From the NCBI RefSeq assembly GCF_009834535.1, contig NC_045717.1, positions 18,848,001-18,912,000 of the forward strand: a DNA stretch of 64,000 nucleotides, written 5' to 3'. The stretch comes from Camelus ferus. Taxonomy: Eukaryota. The position numbers and the translations under genes were made by a program. The first letter of the stretch is position 1. Each line of letters begins with the position of its first letter. Below, piece after piece: positions 16,436 through 27,400 of the stretch. The notes beneath the pieces were generated by a model that had not been told where the DNA came from, did no database searches, and saw nothing but the letters and a program-made list of their open reading frames with translations.

Positions 16436-18559
16436 CTAAAAGGCCCCAGCTGCTGACCGCCCAAGGCGCTCTGAGTCCTGCCCGGCTGACGACCGGAGGA
16501 CTTGGCTCTCTCGCTCGGGAATCTCTGCGCCCTGTTCTAGGGAGGGCGCAGGGACCTCGGTGTCCTGCTCAGCTGCAGGCCCGGGGATTTCGCTGTTTGA
16601 CCCAGGGGGCTCAGGGCCCCGCACTTCAGACGACCCCAGGGCTCCGCTCTCCGGCCCGGGGGCCTCGGTGTTCAGGATAAGAAGCAGCTCGGAAGCCTTA
16701 GCTCCTAGCGCTGGAGTTTTGATGCCCAGACCTGGGTCACAGTGCCCTGCGCGGCACCTGTGCCCGCAGTCGCCGCCCGCGGGTTCCAAGGCGTCGCCGG
16801 CACCGGCCGCTTCTCTGACCCGCCCCTGGCCTGCAAGAACGGCCCCCGGGGGCAGGACCGAGCACCGCCTCCTGCACCTGCCGAGAGGACTCTGGGCCCC
16901 GCCCTGGCCCCGCCCTCGAAGCGGGGGCGCCTCGGCTCCGCACCAGAATTCGTCCACTGGCGCGCCTCATGTCAATCAGCTTAGGGCATTGGACTTCTTG
17001 CAAGAGGGCTTACCTAGACATAACCTGCTACCTGCGTGCCGTGTTCACTCAGTGGGCGCCACCTCCTCGGCATTGGAGGCTTGGCCCCAGCTGCACGCCT
17101 GACTAGGCCTCTGAATCACTGTCCTCTGGTTGAGTGTCCCCCGAAGCCATCTTTCCGGGGCCTTGCCAGTCCCGCCCAGTCTGTGTCAGCCGGTGGGCAG
17201 CGACGCCCATAGCCTCTGGGCTGTCCTTCCACTTTCCACCCCTGCGGCGCTCAGCTCGGGCTGAAGGGGGCGCCAGGAACCGTCTCACCGCACTCTCCAG
17301 TCTCCTTCCCAGTGCCTGGGCTCAGCATGGTTCCGGGCGGTGCCAAGCCCAGAGGGAGCCTCCCCTCACCCCTCCCGGAAAAGTCCGCGAGGCGTCCGCC
17401 GCCAAGTGCATTACTGGGGCCGAGGGAGGAGGGACTCACGCACAGCGCGTCCAGGGCTTAGCGGAGCGGCTGAGGTTTGAAAGGCGGTCACCTTGGGCCC
17501 AGGAGACTGGGAAGGCCCAGAGAGGTATCCAGACTTGCGGGAGGAAGTAGCTCCCTGCTGGGGCTAGATTGTGGTGTTCAAGGCCAGGATCGATGCCCTC
17601 AGCCGGCGACCCACCTCCAGGGACATAGTTCTCTCTTCCCCTGGGCTGTCTCCAAACCCCTTCCCCCGCCCCCACCATTCTAGGGTAACCAGGAAACAAT
17701 ATATAATTACCTAGAGAAAGCAGGGGGCTACACAGCCTCAGGAACCCCCAGTAATCCAATTATCTTCCCCCAACTCTCTTCCTACCTCTGTTACTCCCTT
17801 CTGTCCACCCTCTCATTCTACTCTCTCCTGGATCCCAATCTTAAACTGCTATCCTCCTCCCTTTGACCATCTGACCTCCTTCCTCCCTCTACCCTTGACC
17901 TAATTGGAATTAGGCCCCCCCGGTTTCTATCCCACTTATAACCTGAGCAAGGTGCCAGCCTTCTCCAAGGCTCAGTTTCCTTGTCTGTAAAATGGGGATA
18001 ATGGCGCCTACTGCCTTCAGAGAGGATGAGGGTTCAAACTATACTTCTGGAATGAGTTCTCTCTATAGTGGACTCTCCCCTTTATCACCGTCTGTCCCTC
18101 CTCTCGCCATGCTTACTGGGCTCTTGGTTCCACCATGCCACTGAACCTTCTCTGTCCAGGGACACCCATGACCTTCATTTGCCAGACCCTGTCCCTGGCT
18201 CCTCCATGATTTCTTCTCCATTAGCTCCTTGGTCTTCAAGGACATTACCCTCTCCTGATTTTCCTCCTACCTCTTGGGCACCCCTTCTCGGACTTCGGTT
18301 TCACCTGCATCAATGAGCTTCCTTCCCCTCTGGCTTCCACTGAAGTTGGCTGATGTGAGAGAGGAGAGTGAGGTCAGGATGTTTATCCCATGCCCCCCTC
18401 CCTCCAAGCCTTGTCCAGGGCTTGGGGAGGGGGGGATGGTAACAGCTCCCTGCTGTTGCCAACTCAGGCTGTGTACTATGCCTTGTTTCCCTACTATGCC
18501 TTTGTAAAACTTCTGTTGAGTTCTCATCTATTACTCAGTTTAAGTATAAGATCTCTTTA

Positions 18560-19390
18560 CTGCTAATACTCAGATGTTGACAAGTTCCAGTCTCATGTTT
18601 TAAACACCATCTGCATGCTGATGTCTCCCAAGTTTATAACTCTCGCTCTTTCTCCCCTGGGTTTTGGACTCATATCCAACCGTCCCCAGTTTAATAGATA
18701 TGTCAAACTGAACGCTATTGAATTAGCCTCAATTACTCTCTTTCCTTCAGCTATCCCTCTCCAATCCATTCATATATTGGATTGCTGTTTGCTCTCCCTC
18801 CAAAACATACTCTGAATTCATCCACTTCTCTCCACCCTTGTCCTAGCCATTCACTGTCCTCCAATGACTCCCCATCTAACTCAGAAGAAAACTCCGAATT
18901 TCCCACTGTGGCTCAGAAAGCCCTTTCCACTTATCAGATGTCATCTTCTGATACACTCCATCCGAGCCTTCATGCTTTCCTCAAACCCCCCACCCACCCA
19001 CCCACCCAACTGCATTGTCACTGCAGGGTCTTTGCACTTGCCTTTCCCTCTGCTTGGAATAACTCATCACATGGTTGGCTTCTGCTATTCAGATCTTAGC
19101 TCAAATATCAGTTCTTTGGAGAAGTGGTCTCTGATCACCAGCTTACATCACACACAGCTCTGCCCCATAACCCTATCCCTGTTATTTTCTGTAACTCACC
19201 CAATACTGCAGTTATCATCAATCACCTTTATTTCTTTGTTTACTTGTATATTATGTGTCTCCCTCCCCAACCAGAAAGTGAGCTGCATTACAACATTTTC
19301 TGTTTGTCATGCTCACCCAACTCCCCCATGCCTAGAACCGTACCTGACACAGAACAGTTGTTTAAGGATGTTCTCAATGCTGGGAACAAA
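18560..19390. mobile_element. L2 LINE fragment(s)
   Basis: CCCACTGTGGCTCAGAAAGCCC...TCTTTGCACTTGCCTTTCCCTCTGCTTGGAA...CAGCTCAAATATCA-like...CCTAGAACCGTACCTGACACA. Confidence 0.55.
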
Positions 19391-19744
19391 GAAAGAAGCC
19401 AGACTTGGAAGTTGCAGTTGAGGTTGGGAGACAGACTCAATTATAAACTGAACAATCTTGCCTCAATGTGGAACCCAGGACAAGAGTACAAAGGGAAGCC
19501 TATCTTCTACACATCTAAAATTTACAGTTATAAAATCAAACTGCAAGCCAGTATTTANNNNNNNNNNNNNNNNNNNNNNNNNNNNNNNNNNNNNNNNNNN
19601 NNNNNNNNNNNNNNNNNNNNNNNNNNNNNNNNNNNNNNNNNNNNNNNNNNNNNNNNNNNNNNNNNNNNNNNNNNNNNNNNNNNNNNNNNNNNNNNNNNNN
19701 NNNNNNNNNNNNNNNNNNNNNNNNNNNNNNNNNNNNNNNNNNNN

Positions 19745-20080
19745 AAACATATTGTGCATTCCATTGACAAGCAATGTCCAAAATAGGTAAATCTTTTCTG
19801 TGTGTGTGTGTGCTGACTAGACATCTTTAATACAATTGAGCTCATACTATAATCAGAATAGGTAAATCTATAGAGACAGATGCAGATTGGTGGTTGCCAA
19901 GGGCTGCAGGGGGTGGGAGGATGAGTAGTGACTGCCTAATGAGTACAGGATTTCCTTTGGGAATGATGAAAAGTTTTGGAAATTTCTGGTGAAAGTTGCA
20001 CAAACATTGTGAATGTATTAAATGCCACTGATGGTAAGTTTTGTTATGTGTATTTTACCACAATTTAAAAACTAATTTAA
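19745..20080 (+). mobile_element. L1M (MB/MC-like) 3' fragment
   Basis: TAGAGACAG...GGTGGTTGCCAAGGG...AATGAGTACAGG...GTTGCACAAACATTGTGAATGTA. Confidence 0.65.
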
Positions 20081-21404
20081 AAAAATATATTCTCTTTTCC
20101 TATCATGGCAAATATAAATATAAAAATTTTAGAATGACCTAGAAGGCCAGATTCAATGGAAAACATTTTGAATCCCTAGGGGTTTTGTGCTAGAATGTGG
20201 AGCACAGGGAAACCCCCACCCTCAATCTGGCCCCTTTTGCTTCCCACCCCCCAACTCTGCACAGCGAGGAGCCCTGTGCACACACCTAGGGAGCCCACCC
20301 CCCTGCATGCCCAAGCTCTTTCCTCACCCCTCTGCCAACAGCTGCCCTTGGCCACTTCTTGGCCACCCTGAGTCGGATCTAGAAGAGGGAGGGAGGATTT
20401 AGCTGGGTACATTCCTTTTGCCCCATGGGGAGCGTGCCCTCTAAAGCAAGGGGCCCAAGTACAAGGGCCTTCTCATTGAGGTTCATGTCAGAATTGCACA
20501 GTGTGACCAGGGCTGTGATGAGGGAAGCGCTGGGGGCTGCAGGAGACCAGCCTGGAGAGTAGGAGACAATTTTCCCAAAGGGGTGGTTGAAGGAAACTCA
20601 TAATCAGCTGAGGAAAGGGGTGCTGGCCCTTTAAGAATGAGATAGAGGGTAGAACAGGGACCCTCAAAATTTGGGTAGGAAGTTCTCTAGACTTTCCTCA
20701 TCACCCCCTCCCCAATAGTAATAGCATCTAAGAGGTGTCCAGGGTCCTGGAGGTCATTTGATCTAATTCTCTCATTCTACAAAAGGGGAAACTGAGGCCT
20801 AGAAACCTGGGGGAAGTTGCCCAGAATTGTCCAGAGCCCAGGCCTTCTGTCTTCCCTGGGGCACAGGCTCTGGTCTCTAGAATCTTCTAGCCAGATCAGC
20901 CCTATCTTCCCAGAGCCAGGGTCCAAGGAGGGAGGGCAGTAGTGTGTGAAAGTATCTCTCATGTGTGGTGTGCAACGACACTGAAAAGTGGGTGACCCTT
21001 GGTGGGCAGCTGGACTTGAAGTTTCTAAGGTGCCAAGTGGAGGCGCTATTGTCTGAGGGGGGTCAGGGACTCCCAGTTCTTGTCCACAAGCTCTACTGTG
21101 CCTGTGAGTGTGTGTTTGCCGGGAGGCAGCTGAGTGGAGCAAGGAGGCCAGTAGCTGGTAAATAATTGATCAGGACAGCTGATAGTACCTCCCCAGAACT
21201 GCCCGCCAGCCCCCAGCCCCCCTCAGCCCAGCCCGTGTGTCTCCTGCCTCCTGGCCCAAACCAGCTGGACCAGCTCTCCCAGTGCCCGCCTGCAGGTCCC
21301 CCCCTCCAACTCCAGACAGCCAAGTCACAGCCTCTAGGGCACCTTTCCACAAGCGGGTGGTGGGTCCTGAACTCGAAGACCAGAACGTGGGCTTCTGGGC
21401 AGAG

Positions 21405-24400
21405 ATGGCCCTGCAGAGCCAGGTGTGGGCTCCGGCCACACTCATGTAAGTGTCCAGGGTCAGGGGGGCCGGTGGGCAGGGCCTGGGAGGGGTTCATGGA
21501 ATACGCTGACCTTTCTACTGTCGGGAGATGGGGGGTGGTGAGAGTCCCAGCTAGCCTCTCCCAAGAAGGAGTGGAGGGAGGCTAGCAGCCAACCTTACAG
21601 GCTTTTCAATGCCCCCTCCCCAGAGAGTCAGGTGGGAGATGTGAACCCCCACCCTCTTCTTTTTTGGGGATTTTCCGCTGGCAGGCTTCAAGCCCAAAGT
21701 CCAGCCTGGGGGTGGGGCTGTTATCTGGTGGGGGCGGGGAATGTCAGGGTCCCTTCACTCCCATATTTTGCCTCTAGAATCATCCCTGAGTATCCAGTTT
21801 AGGAGAAAATGTTTAAGATTCAACAGAAAAAGTTAACAGCTCCCAAACTGGGAAAGAGGAGGGCAAAATGGAAACAATCACTTGTTTAATGAAATGACCA
21901 CCAACTGTTCCTGGTGGGGCAAAAAAGGCCACCACCATGAATGCTATTCTTGTAGAGTTACAGATATGTAACATCTCAAGAGGTGTGCAGGGTATTTTAA
22001 TATTCAGGGTGTGAGGGCTTTTTAAAGTAAGAGGGTGGAGGGGCTCTAGAGGTTTGCAAAGAGTTCCGGAAAAGGGGCTCCCTCCAGGGACCCCAATTTG
22101 GTTCCTCACTCTTTTGGGTTCCCTGTTGCATTATTCACCAACTACAAACCTGGTTGCCTAGCAACGGGAACCTGATCCCCCCCCCCCCAGCAAGGAAGAG
22201 GCAAGGAGATTACAGCTTGAGGGTGGGAGAGCAGAAGGGGGGACTTCAGCCTTCCCGTAGGGGCAAACTTATTAGCAGGGGGTCTGAGCTTCCTTTGGGA
22301 TACCCTGTAAAGCATGACTTCAGTACTCTGCCCTAAGAGAAGTCAGAGACCCCCTAGTTGATCTCTGGTCTCCTTGCTGCCAAGACAAGGATGCCTGGAC
22401 TCCCCACTTCCCCAAAGTGTTCCCAGTGTTTTGGGCCTGAGAGCCTTGAGTTTCAATCCTGACTCAGTAGACTTAGACAAGTCTTTTCACCACTTCTTGG
22501 AGCCTCAGTTTCCTCATCTATCAAATGGGGACAGTATGATTTTACCTCCTAGCATGGTAGAGAGGGTTAAATGAGTAAATGTACAGCATTTAACAGTGCC
22601 GGGCACATGGTGTGCATTGGCTACTGGCTGGCTGATTTTATTCTCAGTTGGAATGTCAATTCAGTAGAGTCGGCTACAGTGTCTCAGGATCAGAACAAGG
22701 AGGGGGAGGTGGCTGTGGGAGCCGAGCGGAAGCACCGTGGGGCACTTAGAGAGCTATATATAGTATGTGTTAAATGTGAGCTCGCTATTATGCCTTCGTG
22801 GTGAGGCCAGAGAAGATCCGGGAGGCCCCACTAGAGTTTGGGCAGTGAGGTTAATGCTCACTCAATAGGTTAGTGCTCAAATTAATAAATGTTTGAGGGC
22901 TCACTCTGTGCCCACCCTGGGCTAAATGTCAGGGCCAACAGGTAGACGGATATATCCTTCTAGATAATCAGCCTGTGAGGCGCCTGCACATAGTCAGCAC
23001 TCAGTGCAGGTCTGTGATGATAGGTTGATGTGACGATGACTCCCCGAAGCACCCACAAACTGCCTTCAGCTTCCAGGGGAAGTCTGGATTGGCTAGGGGG
23101 TGGCCCTGGAGTTTGGGCACTGAGGATCCTGGGGTGCTCTGAGGAGGACAGTGATGGGGGAATTTCAGGTTAAACCTTAAACGGCCAGTCATTCTCCCCC
23201 TCCTTCCAGTTCAGAGTCCAGCACTAGGCAGTGTGACCTGGTGACCCTTACCCCCAGCGAGGGTGGTTTGCTGGTAGAGGAGGCAGCTCCAGAGTTACCA
23301 TGGCAATGGTATGTGTCCACAGTGGGATGAACACTTCTCAGGCTTCCTCACCCTCTAGTGCTTAAGGGATGCTGGCTGGGTAGGAGCCAAGGTCCAGAGA
23401 GGGTGTGGAACTGGAAGCAAACACAGTGCGTGTTGGGGTCTTGCAGGATTTCTGTAGGACAGACTGGGAATGATCATTATAATTAATAAATTATTAAAGT
23501 TATTGGAAATGATTAAAGTTATTAATAATAAACAATGCTACTGATTTTGGAGCACTAGGTCCTAAGATTTTTCCTGCACGGATACTTCCTTGGAAGGGCA
23601 TCTCTCTGCAAGGTGAGGTGACGGTCAAGCTATCCCGGCCCACTTTAGAGATGGAGAAACTGAGGCTCAGAGAGGCGATGTCAGGCCTGGGAAGGGATTT
23701 AGCTCAACCTGTTTTGGTCTCTGCTCTCTCCCCCTCACAGGACCCCTGCCCCTTGCCCCGACTCCTCTCAGGTGCAAAGCGGAGATAGAGGAAAACACTG
23801 GGCTTTGATTGAGTTCCAAGCAGCTCAGGGATCTTATCTTAAAGAGGGGTATTCAAGAGACGGGCCTGCTGAGAGGTGGGGCCCTGGGAGACCCCTTTCG
23901 CAACCCCTGCTCTCTCCCTGCAGGCCCATGGCCGAGAGCTCCCTCTACCGGCAGCGGCTAGAGGTCATCGCGGTAAGGGAAGCCCTAATAGAGAGCTCCG
24001 CCCAGCGCCCTGGGCACCCCTAGCCGTGCTCAATGCCTCTTCCTCACCTCCCACCTATCATGGGGAGCAGGCCTAGTGCGGTGAAGGTGGAGGGGAGCAC
24101 CCTCAGTTTCAGCCTTCCCTGGGGCGCCCCACCTAAGTCCTCAGGCCCCTCCTCTCTGTCTGGTCACTACTCCCCGCAGAGTGGAGAGCTGTGGGCTCCG
24201 CACTCTTGAAATCTGCACCATCCAATGCTCCATTCTTGAACCCTTGTCTCCCAAACACCCCACGTCTGGACCCCGTCTCTCAGACCCCCATACGTGGACT
24301 TCATCTCTCTAAACTCCCATATCTAAATCTTCATCTCTGTGGACCCCATCTCTCTGAACCCCCATCTCACTAAGCCCCATCTCTGGTCCCCAACTTCTGC

Positions 24401-27400
24401 ATCCTAGTCTCGCTGGACCCCCATGACTTCACCTCCATTTTTGAGCCCCCATCTCACTAGCTCCCTCCCTTTGTTCCTCGTATCTGGACCCCCATCTCTC
24501 TGAACCCCGTCCCTCTTAACCCCATATCTCAGACACCGCCCCCCAGATAACCCTTACAAGGCCCTCCCCATCCACTGACCCCCCATTCGGCGCAAACAAG
24601 GCCTCCGCAGCTTCCCGGGCGCGGCTGGTCCCGCCCCTGCTGGCCCCGCCCCTACTCGCTGCTGAGTCAGCGCGTCCTGTGCCCCCTCCCTGCCTGGAGC
24701 CCCGACGTGTGTTCCGCTGCCCCGCGCAACTCGCAGCCCCGGGAGTCCCGGGAGCCCCCGCAAGCCCGGCGGAGGAGGGAGGGTGGCGGGGAGGCGGCGG
24801 CCCCGCCCGGCCCCGCCCGGCCCGTGGGCAGCCCCGGATCCTCTGTGCGCAGGAGAAGCGGCGGCTGCAGGAGGAGATCCGCGCCGCGCGCCGGGAGCTG
24901 GAAGAAGAGAAACTCCGCGTGGAGCGGCTCAAGGTTGGGGGCGGGAGGGGGCACCTGCCTAACCCGGGCAATGAAGTGGAGGTGTCTGTGAGAGTCAGTT
25001 CGGAGGGCCAAAGGAGCCTGTGCCTAATCATGGGGGTTTATTGATTTCCAGCTTGAGAGAGGGGGTGGTGGTGATGGGGACATTTGTTCCACCTTTGGGA
25101 AGAGTGTGGGGCAGTGGAGATGTTTGTTCAGCTTTGGGGTAGGGAGCGGCCAATGGGGACGTTGATTTCACTTTTGGGGGTGTCTGTCCCATTCTAGAAA
25201 GGCTGAGGAGATGGATGGGTGTTTTTCCCAGCTTGGGAATGCTGTGGGCTGGTAATGGGGTGTCTGTCCCACCTGGCATTGTTGGGGATGGAGGGGATGG
25301 AGGGCAGTGAGGGCACGTACCCCAGCCTGAGGGAGAGATGTCTGTCCCATCTGGGTAATTGTGGGGCAATAAGAAATCTGCCCAGCATGGGGGATCTGGA
25401 GGGGGCCCTACATAAGGTGGGATAGTCCATATGCCCTGCCCACGTCCAGAGGAACTCTCTTCGGGAACGTTGGCTAATGGACGGGGCGGCTGAGGAGCCA
25501 GAGCGACCCCAAGACCCCACCTTGCAAGACCCCCAGTCACCTGAGGGCCAGGCTCAGGCCCGCATCCGGAACCTGGAAGACAGCTTGTTCACGTGAGTAG
25601 GATCCCTGCTTGATGGCTTTGCCCCAGCCTGACTAGGTTGAGACCCACCCCCAGCCCATTCTGGGGAGGCAGCAAGTTGAGACTGCAGGGGAAGGGAGGG
25701 GGAGTGGTCCATTGAGCCGGGGACCAGGGTCCTAGCAGCCCCTCTCTTCCCCAGACTCCAGTCCCAGCTGCAGCTGTTGCAAAGTGCATCCACAGGTGCC
25801 CAGCACAAGCCCTCAGGCAGGCCCACCTGGCGCAGACAGGTGAGGAGCTTGGGGGAAGATGGTGGGGGGAGGGGTGTGGCCAGCAGGGCCCAAAGCAGGA
25901 CGCCTCCAAGTACTGTTTATATGCTAGGTCCTCTACTACTTCTTTGCTCTGTGGTCTATGGGCCAGTCGCTTTCCGTGCCCAAGCCTCAGTTTCCCCATC
26001 TCTAAACTGAGCACAAGAACAGCACACACGTGGAAGAGATGTGAGAGAGATTCGATGAGATCATAGCTTAGCACCTGGCACAGGTGTGAGGGAACATTTT
26101 GATATATGGTTGCTGGTATGTTCCGAATGAGGAAAGTAGTCAGAAAATGTGGGGAAGTGCTCATGGAATTTGGCCTTAAAGGTAGGAAAGAGTCACCACA
26201 AGATGCTCTCATAATTTGAGGCATCTATATACGGTTTTTGGGTTTTGAAGGTTTGTTTTGGTAATGTCTTTATAAAGATACAATCCACATGCCGCACAAT
26301 GCACAGGCTTTTGAAAATCAGGACACCTTCACAATAAAATCTGGCTCTCTGGGTCGTCTGTGAAGTCCAAAGATCCAGCAACATTTGTGCCTGGCCACAG
26401 TGAGGTGTGGGTTTTCCACAGTCCCCACCTCGCCCGGTGCCTTATCTTGGCTCCCAGGTGCCTGTCACAGGACAGAAAAGGAGAGAACTTTAACCAGGAT
26501 GGGACGCACTTGTTGGGTTTTTAGTCTAAGCCGGGAGTTCCTTGCTGGAGATGTGCAAGGCATGCTTCCTGGCCCACAGTCCAGATGAGGAGATGGGGTA
26601 CAAAGAGTCTGTGAGGGGGAGCCCAGGATGTGGGGGAAGCACTTGAGTGAGGTTGGGAGTTCAGGGAAGGCTTCTTGGAGGAACTGACATCTATGCTGAA
26701 TCTGGGTGGGAACTAGGAAGTAAGAGAAAGGGAATTCCAGGCAGAGGAAACAGCCTATGCAAAGGCCTGAAAGCTGAAAAAAGGGTAGGATCAGGGAACT
26801 GTGAGGAGATTTGTGCGGTTTGGTCTAGCTGGCCTGCAAGGCTGTCCGCAGCTCCCCTCCCTGAGCTCTTCTTCCACTTGCTCACATCTTCCTCTCACTG
26901 CCTTCCACTCCCTACCCCCATCTCCAGCCACACTGACTCCCTTTTCTAGTCCTTGAACTTGCCTAACTCATTACAACCCCAGGACCCTTGCACTTGCTGT
27001 CCCTGCCATCTGGAATGCCCTTTCCCACCTCTTGACTCAAGGCTGGCTCTTCTCACCTTTCAGGACTCTGTTCAATGTCACCTCTGCCAGGAGGCCCTCT
27101 AGCATCTTATACCTGAAGGAGGCACCCCATCACTTCCCAGGCACTCCCCAGACCTTCATCCTGCATTTTTTCCCCCTGCTATAGCCTTTTTCACTCCCTG
27201 ACTATTTATGTTTATCACCTGCCTCCTCCCACTGGAGTGTAAGTCCAATAGCAAAAGGCTTAAGTGTCTCTTAAGTAAGCTCAGTAGCTGGCAGAGTAGG
27301 TCCCCAGTACACAGGGATTGGCTGCATGGACACAGTATTGATTAAGCACCTACTGTGTGCAAGGCAGTGGAGCAGATGGAGATAAGACAGGTGAGGAAGG

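Noticed and set aside
17103-17150. Short ATG ORF MASGDTQPEDSDSEA* upstream of MISP3
   Set aside because: It is in a different frame from MISP3 and followed by further stops. It cannot be joined to the upstream in-frame region without unsupported assumptions; at most a uORF.
18864-19786. 185-220-aa ORFs between MISP3 and PALM3
   Set aside because: They overlap L2/L1 relics and an N-gap; low-complexity hydrophobic translations with no splice or domain support.
24245-25360. Repeated short motifs that could be mistaken for a CRISPR-like array
   Set aside because: Eukaryotic intron, imperfect units, irregular spacing and no cas genes.
25453-25455. PALM3 exon 4 begins RNSLRERW rather than RKSLRERW as I recall for human
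   Set aside because: A single substitution that I cannot evaluate without an alignment.
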